Origin: an uncultured Actinomycetes bacterium
GTDB taxonomy: Bacteria > Actinomycetota > Thermoleophilia > UBA2241
NCBI GenBank assembly: GCA_963709345.1
Contig: CAVPVX010000010.1
Location: 32,001 to 96,000, forward strand
Direction of reading: 5' to 3'
Length of the DNA stretch: 64,000 nt
Under the pieces are notes generated by a model. The model did not search any database, was not told the DNA's origin, and saw only the letters and a program-made list of their open reading frames with translations. Numbering within the stretch: position 1 is the stretch's first letter; every line of letters starts with the position of its first letter. Shown here piece by piece: positions 50,962 to 59,891 of this stretch. The position numbers and the translations under genes were made by a program.

Positions 50962-52413
50962 CTAGCCGCGCCGCGCGTGAGCGACGGCCTCGCCGTCCAC
51001 GCGGCACGCGGTCGCCAGCGCGTCCAGCCGGTCACTGCCGAGGTAGGGCTCGCTCGTGGCGCGCTCGGACAGGATGAGGTCGATCTTCTCGCACGCCGTG
51101 TCGAGCTCCGTCGTGCCTTCCTCGATCCATCTGTCGTAGGACAGCCGGTTCGAGACGGACGGCAGGTAGTGCTCGCCGGCGCGGATGCGCCGCGCCGTGT
51201 CCTTCTGGCCGAGGAAGCTCCCGCCCGGGCCGGCCGTGGCGATGGAGTCGCCCGCCAGCGTGGCCGGGGAGACCTCCACCGGGGCCATGAGACGCCGCAC
51301 CATGGCCGCGATCTCGTTGTCGATCACCGACTGCGGCAGGTACATGGTGTTGTGCGAGTCGATGAGGCCCCAGCCCGAGACGATGTCGGGGCCGGCGCTG
51401 CAGACGGTCGCCGTCTTCAGCGCCTTCTCGTAGCCGTTCTGGATCCCCGCGTGCTTGGCGTCGGTCGACAACCCGGGATTAAGCGTGGGGACGCCGAGGT
51501 AGTGCCCCACCTCGGTGGCCATGACGCCCATCAGGGCGCTCTCGACACATCCCAAGGAGAAGGTGGTGCGCAGCATGTCGAGCACGCCTGAACCGAAGCA
51601 GAAGACGAGTCTGGCTCCGGGCGCCGCGACCTGCAGCGCCGTGGCGATGCCGAGGAACTCGGCGAGACCCTGGGCGACGGTGCCCGCCAGCGTCACCGGC
51701 GACGTGGCGCCGGCGATCGTCATCGAGTACACCTCGATCGGTACGCCGTGGCCGGCCAGAGCGATGTGGATGTCGAGCGCCGCGCCGTCCACCTGGAGCG
51801 GCGAGGCGGCGGTGACGACGGTGGAGATGCGCGGGCGCTGCCGGAACCGCTCCAGGTCGCCGCCGAGCACCTTGCAGATCTCAAGGACCGCGTCGACCTC
51901 GTGCGGGCAGTCGACGAAGGTCACGTGCTTCCTGGTCTCGGTGAGCAGCGTGAAGTACTCGGTGAGCTCGCGCTGCTCCAGCGGGACGTCCGACGCGCTC
52001 ACCTGCGTCCACATGAGGTCGAGCTCTGAGAGCTCGTCGAGCACGGCGGTGGACTCGCGCACGTCCTGCAGCGTGCTGGCCCGGCGCATCCCTGTGCGGT
52101 GGTCCAGGGTCTTGGCGACGCAGCCGCTGGGCGCGAAGTGGAAGGGCTCGTGCTCACCGAGGACCACGTCGTCGGCCTCGGTGAGGCCGGCCATGAGGAC
52201 GGTGCGCGGGCACTGCCCGAGGGCCCACTCCACGAGCTCCCGGGGCAGGCGCGCGAGGCCTGTGGCCTCGTCCACGCGCGCGCCGCGCTCCTCGAGCCGG
52301 GGGAGTACGCGCGAGCCGTAGAAGCGCATGCCCACGTTGGCGAGAAGGTCCATCGCCTGGTCGGCGATGAGGCTCTTCTCGCCGTCGCTGAGCCGACTCG
52401 TGTTCGCCGTCAT
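50962..52413 (-). CDS. Non-pyrrolysine MttB-superfamily methyltransferase
   Basis: ASPLQ.D, AGATSPVTLAG, PTLNPGL-S-TDAK...Q.GYE, GPGGSFL; ends in TAG. Confidence 0.88.
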   Translation of the reverse strand: MTANTSRLSDGEKSLIADQAMDLLANVGMRFYGSRVLPRLEERGARVDEATGLARLPRELVEWALGQCPRTVLMAGLTEADDVVLGEHEPFHFAPSGCVAKTLDHRTGMRRASTLQDVRESTAVLDELSELDLMWTQVSASDVPLEQRELTEYFTLLTETRKHVTFVDCPHEVDAVLEICKVLGGDLERFRQRPRISTVVTAASPLQVDGAALDIHIALAGHGVPIEVYSMTIAGATSPVTLAGTVAQGLAEFLGIATALQVAAPGARLVFCFGSGVLDMLRTTFSLGCVESALMGVMATEVGHYLGVPTLNPGLSTDAKHAGIQNGYEKALKTATVCSAGPDIVSGWGLIDSHNTMYLPQSVIDNEIAAMVRRLMAPVEVSPATLAGDSIATAGPGGSFLGQKDTARRIRAGEHYLPSVSNRLSYDRWIEEGTTELDTACEKIDLILSERATSEPYLGSDRLDALATACRVDGEAVAHARRG

Positions 52414-52660
52414 CTCCGTTCACTCCTCTGGCCGAGACCTCTCGCCCAGTCGCGACCCGCGGCGGGCGTACTCCTGGCGCCGTTTCCAGCGGTCACCGCA
52501 GCACAATGGCACGCCGCTGGGGCACTGTCAACACGGGGCTTGCAGATGCGAGGCCCAACGGCCGTGAGGTGTTGCGTCTGAACGCGAAAGAGCCATAATG
52601 CATTGTGAATGTTGGCAGAGTGGCTGGAAACCTTCTCATACTGCTACGAAAGGGCAGGAG

Positions 52661-53227
52661 ATGATCAGAGCGGGGCAGGCGCCGTTCGGGTCGACCGAGA
52701 TGGACGACCTCGATCGTCGCATCATGAAGCTGCTCCGCCCCAATGCACGCCGCTCGTACGCCAGCATCGCGCGCGCCGTCGGGGTATCGGAGCCGACGGT
52801 CCGCAATCGCGTCGACCGCCTCATCAAGAGGGGCGCGATCCTCCCCATGGCCAGGGTCAACCCGGCAGCCATCGGCCTCCCTGTCGATGCCATGGTCGGC
52901 ATCCGCGTGAACCGTGGTTACGCGAAGGCGGTCGGGGCGCATCTCGCGGCCATGGAGAACGTCTCGTACGTCGGCTACACGACCGGTTCGTTCGACATCC
53001 TCATCGAGGCGCACCTGCCGGACAACGAGGGCCTCTACTCGTTCCTGAACGAGGATCTCGATCGGATCGAGGGCATAGCTCACACTGAGACCTGGCACAT
53101 TCTGCGCGCCGACAAGGTCAACTTCGAGTGGGACGGCGAGAACGTCGGCAGGGAGCCCCTCGCCGACGATGAGCCGGAGGCCGCGCCCGCCGATCCTTCG
53201 GCGGCGGCCGGGGAGGTCGCATCGTGA
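52661..53227 (+). CDS. Lrp/AsnC-family transcriptional regulator
   Basis: DDLDRRI...L..NAR.SY..IA..VGVSE.TV..RV, TTGSFDI; AGGAG RBS. Confidence 0.9.
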   Translation: MIRAGQAPFGSTEMDDLDRRIMKLLRPNARRSYASIARAVGVSEPTVRNRVDRLIKRGAILPMARVNPAAIGLPVDAMVGIRVNRGYAKAVGAHLAAMENVSYVGYTTGSFDILIEAHLPDNEGLYSFLNEDLDRIEGIAHTETWHILRADKVNFEWDGENVGREPLADDEPEAAPADPSAAAGEVAS

Positions 53228-54168
53228 GGGTGGGCTGCGTCGGCCTCGGTCACATCGGCCGTCACCTCGCGAGCAGCCTGGTACGCGCCGGCCACGGCGT
53301 CACCGTCCACGACCTGGATCCGGCGGCGGCTCAGGGCCTCGTCGAGGCCGGCGCCTCGTGGGCAGACTCGCCGGCCGCCGTAGCGCGCGCGTCCGAGTCG
53401 GTGATCACCTGCCTGCCCTCCATCGCCGCCGTCACGGAGGTCGTCGCCGGCGCCGGCGGCCTCGCCAGCGGATTCGCGCCCGGCGGCACGTGGATCGAGA
53501 TGAGCACCAACAGCCCGCACGAACTGGCGCGACTGGCGGCGCTTCTCGCCGAGAAGGGCGTCTCCACACTGGAGGCGCCGGTCACGGGCGGCGTCCACAA
53601 TGCCGAATCGGCCACCATCACCGTGCTCGTAGGTGGCGATGAGGACGTCTTCGCGAGACACGAGGACGTCTTCGCGGCGGTCGGAGGCAGGACCATTTAT
53701 GTCGGCGCCCTCGGCAAGGCCTCGAGCATCAAGGTCATCACGAACATGCTGGCCTTCATCCACATCGCCGCGTCCGCGGAGGCGTTCATGCTGGCCAAGC
53801 GCAGCGGCATCGACCTGCGTCTGGCCTGGGAGATCATCCGCGCCAGCTCGGGTTCCAGCTTCATCCTCGAGACGGAGAGCACGACCATCCTCGGCGGGAG
53901 CTACGACGTCGGCTTCTCCTTCGATCTCTGCCTCAAGGACATGGGCCTGGCGCTGGCGCTGGGCCGCGAGCTCGACGTGCCGCTCGACATCGCCGGCACC
54001 GTCGAGCAGTTGTTCGTGCGCGGTCGCGCCCGCTACGGAGGCGGCGCCGAGTACGCCATGGTCGCCAAGCTGCTCGAGGAGGCCTGCGGCACCGACCTGC
54101 GGGCGCCCGGCTTTCCGACCACGCTCAAGGAGTATCTGGCCACGATGCCGCGCGCCGAGGGCGCTTGA
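53224..54168 (+). CDS. Beta-hydroxyacid dehydrogenase family oxidoreductase (paralogue of 49996-50916)
   Basis: VGLGHIG, EMSTN, EAPVTGG, IKVITNMLAFIH, GTDLRAPGFP. Confidence 0.88.
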   Translation: MRVGCVGLGHIGRHLASSLVRAGHGVTVHDLDPAAAQGLVEAGASWADSPAAVARASESVITCLPSIAAVTEVVAGAGGLASGFAPGGTWIEMSTNSPHELARLAALLAEKGVSTLEAPVTGGVHNAESATITVLVGGDEDVFARHEDVFAAVGGRTIYVGALGKASSIKVITNMLAFIHIAASAEAFMLAKRSGIDLRLAWEIIRASSGSSFILETESTTILGGSYDVGFSFDLCLKDMGLALALGRELDVPLDIAGTVEQLFVRGRARYGGGAEYAMVAKLLEEACGTDLRAPGFPTTLKEYLATMPRAEGA

Positions 54169-54219
54169 CATCCTTGGCCGCGGGTTGTGTAGTGAGGGAT
54201 TAATTGACCGGTCAGTTAG
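54165..54219 (+). promoter_or_regulatory. mtbB promoter (TTGACA-17-TGTAGT) with operator TTAATTGACCGGTCAGTTAG (54200-54219)
   Basis: 18/20 to the palindrome; operator starts 35 nt after TTGACA, exactly as at 30650/30685. Confidence 0.82.
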
Positions 54220-54256
54220 CACGCCGAGAGTGTTCGGCGAGATGAGGAGGGACAGC

Positions 54257-55645
54257 GTGACGAACGAGGTCCGGGTGCCGACCCGCATGGGCGACGGCAC
54301 CTTCACGCGCATGACGCGCGACGAGATGCGTGCAGATCTCGAGGCGGGGTCGGAGGCGGCGGCCAAGAGAGCCAAGGTGCCGCCGCTCGAGCAGGACGAG
54401 ATCGATCACCTTCTGGACATTTACGCCTCGCCGGCGCGCTTCACCGGCGTTGACGTCGGCGATGAGATCGTCCTGAGCTGCGACGGCACCGGCATGAAGA
54501 CCCATGCCACCCGCATCCAGGATCTGCAGTCGTACGAGCAGTGGATGGGCGCCGACCTGCTGGAACTCTGCGTCGGCGACTACTCGCTCAAGGTCGTGCG
54601 CACCATCCTCGCCTACGAGGCCCAGTACATGCACGACGCGCAGCTGTGCACGATCGCGCCGCTGCAGTACGGCGTGATGCCCAACCTGGGCCTCTACTCC
54701 AAGCCGGACGGGCCCTGCGACAACTGGAACGAGCTGCTCCCGCTCGGCAAGATCGCCGAGGCGCGGGCGGCCGAAGAAGAAGCGGTCGAGATGGCCGTCG
54801 TCGACATGGTCAAGCTCGCCGACTCGCAGTGGGAGGCGGGCGCCGACGCGATCGACTGGGACACCACCGGCGCCTCCGGCGACCCGGAGTTCCTCGCTGC
54901 GCTCAGGGCGACGAAGATCATCCGCGAGAAGCACCCCGACATGGGCGTGCAGCTGGGCATGGCCGGCGAGTTCGTGCTCGGCATGCACGGCGAGCTCGAG
55001 TGGGGCGGCAAGCGTCTCGCCGGCCTGTGGCCCAAGGACCAGCTGCTGCTGGCCCAGGAGGCCGGCGCGACGATGTTCGGGCCGGTGGTCAACGTCAACA
55101 CCGGCAAGTCGCTGGTGTGGAACATCGCTCGTGCCATCGCGCTCATCAAGCCGTGCATGGAGGTCGCTGAGATCCCGGTGCACCCCAACGCCGGGATGGG
55201 CGTCGGCGCCGTGCCGATGTTCGTGCACCCGCTTGCCGACGCCGTCTGCCGCTCGGCCAAGTCGTTCGTCGACCTGCTGCACGTCGACGGGTTGTAGGTG
55301 GGTTCGGGCGATCCCCACGGGATGCACAACGCCCACGCGCAAGCCGCGAGCATCGGCGGTATACGAGCAGCCGGAGACCTGGTGGCTCGGATGCAGATGA
55401 CTCGGGGCATGCGCCTCAAAGAAGCAAAGCAGTACGTCGCCGACAAGCTCGGCGTCACGCCGTTCGACCTCTCCGACCCGGCCGTCATGACCGACATCCG
55501 TGCGGAGCTGGGCTTCGGCGGCATCCACAGCTACGCGATCAGCCAGCCGTACCTGGCCAACCAGATCGAGGCGAAGTTCAACATCGCTCGCGCGCTCGAC
55601 GTTCCCATCAACTGCGTAGAGCGCTTCAAGGAGCGCACCGCCTGA
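54257..55645 (+). CDS. mtbB: Dimethylamine:corrinoid methyltransferase, pyrrolysine-containing (in-frame TAG 55295-55297, codon 347 of 462)
   Basis: RMGDG, DYS.K, YG.MPNLGLY..PDGP, DTTGA.GD, GMAGE.VLGMHG, LAGLWP, GMGVG.VPM, VDGL-TAG-VG.GDP, GIRAAGDLVARM, EAK.YVA.KLGV; same frame on both sides of TAG; GAGGAGG RBS. Confidence 0.93.
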
Positions 55646-55661
55646 GGAGGTGGGGCAGACC

Positions 55662-56291
55662 ATGAACGACCAGCTCAAGCAGGCCATCATCGCCGGCGAC
55701 GCCGGCGTGGCCACCGCGCTCACCACGGCGCTCCTCGCCACCGGGGCCACGGCGCGGGAGATCCTCGACTCCGCCCTGCTCCCCGGCATGGAGGTCGTCG
55801 GCACGCGCATGCGTGACGGCGAGTGCTTCATCCCCGAGGTGCTGCTCTCCGCCCGCGTCATGCAGGCCTGCCTCGACCTGTTGCGCCCGCACATGGCCGC
55901 CGGCGACGAGGCCGGCGGCGGCGTGGTCGTGATCGGCACCGTCGAGGGCGACCTGCACGACATCGGCAAGAACCTCGTCGGCATGCTCCTGCAGGGGGCC
56001 GGCTTCACGGTCGTCAACCTCGGCACCGGGGTGACGGCGGCCGACTTCGTCGCCGCCGTCAAGGAGCACGCGCCGAAGATCATCGGCATGAGCGCCCTGC
56101 TCACGACCACCCTGCCGCACATGGCCGAGACGATCGCCGCGCTCAAGGCCGAGGGCCTGCGCGACTCCGTCAAGGTGATGGTCGGCGGCGCCCCGGTGAC
56201 CGCCGCCTACGCCGACGAGATCGGCGCCGACGGCTACGGCGCCAACGCCGGCATGGCGGTGGAGCGGGCGAAGGAGCTGGTGACGGGCTGA
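55662..56291 (+). CDS. Methylamine corrinoid protein (MtbC/MttC-like)
   Basis: FIPEVL, GDLHDIGKN (DxHxxG), SALLTTT, VMVGGAP, IGADGY. Confidence 0.93.
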   Translation: MNDQLKQAIIAGDAGVATALTTALLATGATAREILDSALLPGMEVVGTRMRDGECFIPEVLLSARVMQACLDLLRPHMAAGDEAGGGVVVIGTVEGDLHDIGKNLVGMLLQGAGFTVVNLGTGVTAADFVAAVKEHAPKIIGMSALLTTTLPHMAETIAALKAEGLRDSVKVMVGGAPVTAAYADEIGADGYGANAGMAVERAKELVTG

Positions 56292-56442
56292 CGGGAAGCG
56301 GGCGGCCGCGACGTCGCCTGCCGAGGAGGGTTGCCGGCCGGCGAGACAGTGACCGCCCGCGGAGCCGGCCGGCAACCGTTCTCGAAGCCACACGGACCGT
56401 CGACGGACGACCGGCGGTCAGGAGAGTGCAAGGGAGGTCGAG

Positions 56443-57912
56443 ATGAGACGCAATCCGCGCGCGGGAGCGCGCAAGAGTGGCGGCTTCAGGCTCGAGGTGT
56501 TCACCGACGAAGAGCTGCGCGAGATCCACCTCTCGACGCTCGAGGTGCTCTCGCGCACGGGCGTCTTCGTCGAGGATGACGAAGCGCTCGACATCTTCGA
56601 GAGGGCCGGCGCCGACGTCGACCGCGAGAAGAGCGTGGTGCGTCTTCCGGGTCACCTCGTCGACGACGCGATCCGCTCGGCGCCCTCGACGGTGGTCATG
56701 TGCGGCCGCGACCCGTCCAGGGACGTGGTGCTCGAGGACGGCCGCGTCGGATTCACCAACTTCGGCGAGGGCATCCAGGTCGTCGACCCGTACACCGGTG
56801 AGCTCCACGAGAGCCGCAAGCAGGACGTTGCCGACTGCACGAGGATCATCGATGCCCTGCCCGAGATCGACGTCGTGGAGCGGCCGCTCGGCGCCCACGA
56901 CGTGCCGCCGGACACAGCGTCGCTGCATAACGCCGAGGCGATCTTCAGCAACACCACGAAGCACGCCACCATCGGTCCCCTCTCGGGCTTCTGCGCCCGC
57001 AAGATGATCGACATGGCGGCGACGATCGTCGGGGGGCGGGACCAGCTGCGCCGCCGCCCGATCCTCTCGTTCCTCACCTGCCCGGTCAGCCCGCTCAAGC
57101 TGGTGAAGGACGCGTGCGAGATCATCATCGAGGGTGCCCGCGCCGGTATCCCGGTCAACGTCCTCTCCATGGCGATGGCCGGCGGTTCGTCGCCGGTCAG
57201 CCTGGCCGGCACGCTGGTCACGCACAACGCCGAGGTGCTCGCCGGCATCACGCTCGCGCAGCTCACTGAACGCGGAACGCCGGTGATCTACGGATCGTCG
57301 ACGACCGCCATGGACCTGCGCTTCGCCAGCGCCTCGGTGGGCAGCCCCGAGTGCGCGATGATCGGCGCCGGTGTGGCCTGCCTCGCCCGCTTCTACCTGC
57401 TGCCCAGCTGGGTGGCTGGTGCGTAGGGCGACTCCAAAGTGGCGGACGCCCAATCCGGCCATGAGAAGACGATCACCAGCCTGCTGCCGGCGTTGGCAGG
57501 GGCCAACCTGATCTACGGGCTGGGGATGCTGGAATCGGGCGTCACCATCGATTACGCGCAACTCGTCATGGACGCGGAGTTCGCGCGCATGGTCAAGTAC
57601 TGCGTGCCGGGGATCCCGGTCACCGACGAGACGCTGTCGGTGGACGTGATCGCCGAGGTAGGGCCGTTCCGCGACTTTCTCTCGCACGACGACACCTACA
57701 AAGGCATGCGCGGGCAGTCGCAGTCGAAGTTCATCGACCGGAAGGTCCGCGAGGAGTGGGCCGCTGCCGGGTCGACGACGATCTACGACCGCTCGCTGGC
57801 CGAGGCCCGGCGGATCCTCGAGACGCACACGCCGGATCCACTGCCGGACGAGGTCGCCGTGGAGCTCAGGTCGATCATCGTTGCTGCGGAGGCTGAGCTC
57901 GGCGTCAAGTGA
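56443..57912 (+). CDS. mttB: Trimethylamine:corrinoid methyltransferase, pyrrolysine-containing (in-frame TAG 57424-57426, codon 328 of 489)
   Basis: TNFG, CP.SPL, SMAMAGGSSPV.LAGTLVTHNAEVL, YGSSTT..DL, VGSPE, PSWVAGA-TAG-GDSKV.DAQ.GHEKT, GANLIYG.GMLE; GGAGG RBS. Confidence 0.94.
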
Positions 57913-57965
57913 CGACCGGCTGGATCCGTCGTTCCCGGGTCCGGACCGCCGTCGCTTCCGGCTTC

Positions 57966-58009
57966 GGGGCGCGACCGGCCTGCTGTCGTGTGCAGGCTGG
58001 TCGCGCCCC
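57966..58009 (+). terminator. Strong hairpin after the Pyl operon (probable intrinsic terminator without U-tract)
   Basis: 18-bp stem GGGGCGCGACCGGCCTGC / GCAGGCTGGTCGCGCCCC (one G-U pair), 8-nt loop. Confidence 0.6.
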
Positions 58010-58202
58010 TCGCCGCGACCGCACCCGGACGTCTGGGCACACGCGATGATGTTCCCGAGGTAGCCCCGAGCCTTCCCGCTGGGGTACTGGCGTCGGCGAC
58101 GGTTACCTCCGGCACGCTCTCAAGATGCCCTCCCCCGGGTGACGACTCTCGCGCTTCGGCGCCATAGGCTTCGGGCGATGAATGGAGTCGACAGGAGGGA
58201 TC

Positions 58203-59708
58203 ATGGAACGCTCTGCTTTCACGGCCGGGAGACTGAAGCGGCTCGCGGCCGGAGCTGTGGCGGTCGGAGGGGCCGCCGTGGTGACCGGACTGATCATGCC
58301 GCGCGGGCCCGTGACCACGCTCGACGCGATCGTGACTCTCGCGGCGGGACTCGGGATCGGCCTCGTTGCCGGCTACGCGTGGCGCTCCCGCTGGGCGCTG
58401 CTCGCCTCGCCCGCGCTGTTCGCCCTGGTCTACGAGCTCGTGCGGCTTGGCGAGAGCGGCCCGACCGTCGACCGGATCACCCTGGCCTCCACCTACGGCA
58501 TCGTCGCCTTCGTGAGCGGGCGAGGCGTCCACGGCGCTTTCCTGCTGCTGCCGATGGTCCTCGGCAGCGGCGTCGGCGTGGCTGTTGCGCGCCGAGCGGC
58601 GGCTCCGGCGGCGCGTCCGCTCGGCGTGGGCGGCGTGGCGCGGCGCGTGGCCGTCGCCGCCGCCGCAGCAGCGCTTCTGGCGCTGACGGCTGGCCTCGCC
58701 GTGCCGGCCCGCACCGAGCCGATCCGTGACGTTGCCGGGGCCGTCGTCCCCGGCAGCATCGCCGAGCTCACCGCCATCGACGTCAACGGGACGGAGCAGG
58801 CGCTCATGGTCCGCGGCCGTCGCCAGGATGCGCCGGTACTCCTCTACTTGGCCGGTGGCCCCGGCGGCAGCGAGATCGGGTCCATGCGCAAGCTGAGCGA
58901 GAGCCTCGAGGAGCACTTCGTGGTCGCGACGTGGGACCAGCCGGGGTCGGGCAAATCCCTGTCGAGCTATCGCGACGACATGACGCTTGACGACATGGTC
59001 GACGATACGCTCGCCGTCACGGGCTACCTCCGCGAGCGCTTCGGTCGGCAGAAGGTCTACCTCGCCGGCAATTCGTGGGGGACCATCCTCGGCGTGCTCG
59101 CCGTTCAGAAGCGCCCCGAGTTCTATCACGCCTACGTCGGCACCGGGCAGATGGTCGATCCGGTCGCGACGGACCGGATGTTCTACGCGGACACCCTGGC
59201 GTGGGCCGAGCGGACCGGGCAGCGCAACCTCGTGGCGACGCTTCGCGAGAACGGTGAACCACCGTACGACGAACTCTGGAAGTACGAGCCGGCGCTCGCG
59301 CACGAGCACGACTGGAACCCGTACGCGATGGCGCCCGGGTTCCAGGAGAAGGGCGAGATGCCGGGCAACATCTTCGTCGCCGAGTACACGCTGCTCGAGA
59401 AGCTGCGGCTCATGGGCGGGTTCCTCGACACGTTCTCGGTGCTGTACCCGCAGCTTGCGGCCGCCGGCATCGACTTCCGGACGGCGGTCCCGACGCTGGA
59501 GGTGCCTGTCTACCTGGTCCAGGGCGCGCACGAGGCGCGAGGCCGGGCCGGGCTGGCTCGGGAGTGGTTCGAGCAGCTAGACGCGCCGAGCAAGCGCCTC
59601 ATCGTGTTCGAGCGTTCGGGCCACAAGCCGTCGTTCGAAGAACCTGCGCGCTTCACGGCGGTGATGACCGGCCTCGTCCTCGGTGGCGCGCACGCCGTGC
59701 GGCGCTGA
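58203..59708 (+). CDS. Membrane-anchored alpha/beta hydrolase (proline iminopeptidase-like domain)
   Basis: N-terminal hydrophobic helices; AGGPG, WDQ.G.GKS, GNSWG nucleophile elbow, SGH. Confidence 0.85.
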   Translation: MERSAFTAGRLKRLAAGAVAVGGAAVVTGLIMPRGPVTTLDAIVTLAAGLGIGLVAGYAWRSRWALLASPALFALVYELVRLGESGPTVDRITLASTYGIVAFVSGRGVHGAFLLLPMVLGSGVGVAVARRAAAPAARPLGVGGVARRVAVAAAAAALLALTAGLAVPARTEPIRDVAGAVVPGSIAELTAIDVNGTEQALMVRGRRQDAPVLLYLAGGPGGSEIGSMRKLSESLEEHFVVATWDQPGSGKSLSSYRDDMTLDDMVDDTLAVTGYLRERFGRQKVYLAGNSWGTILGVLAVQKRPEFYHAYVGTGQMVDPVATDRMFYADTLAWAERTGQRNLVATLRENGEPPYDELWKYEPALAHEHDWNPYAMAPGFQEKGEMPGNIFVAEYTLLEKLRLMGGFLDTFSVLYPQLAAAGIDFRTAVPTLEVPVYLVQGAHEARGRAGLAREWFEQLDAPSKRLIVFERSGHKPSFEEPARFTAVMTGLVLGGAHAVRR

Positions 59709-59891
59709 CGTCTTGCCGGCGAGGGGCACGAAAGCGCCAGAGGCGCACGCCCCTCGCCGAACTTAAGTCGATACGAACTGCTGTGAAGAGCAAGATCGAC
59801 GTGCACTGGTCCTTGGAGCGGTGTAGTGTTCTGTGGAGCGCCTGCCGGTCTCGGCGAGCGCGTCGCCTAGAAACGCCGTCCAGGAGTGACG

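Noticed and set aside
52598-52640. GAATGTTGGC upstream of the second lrp as a third copy of the shared promoter element
   Set aside because: Only a short partial match, without the TTGACT/GAACAT/GAATACT architecture
57913-58200. tRNA-Pyl (pylT) or riboswitch in the intergenic region after mttB
   Set aside because: No CTCTAAA anticodon arm or cloverleaf seen; only a terminator-like hairpin
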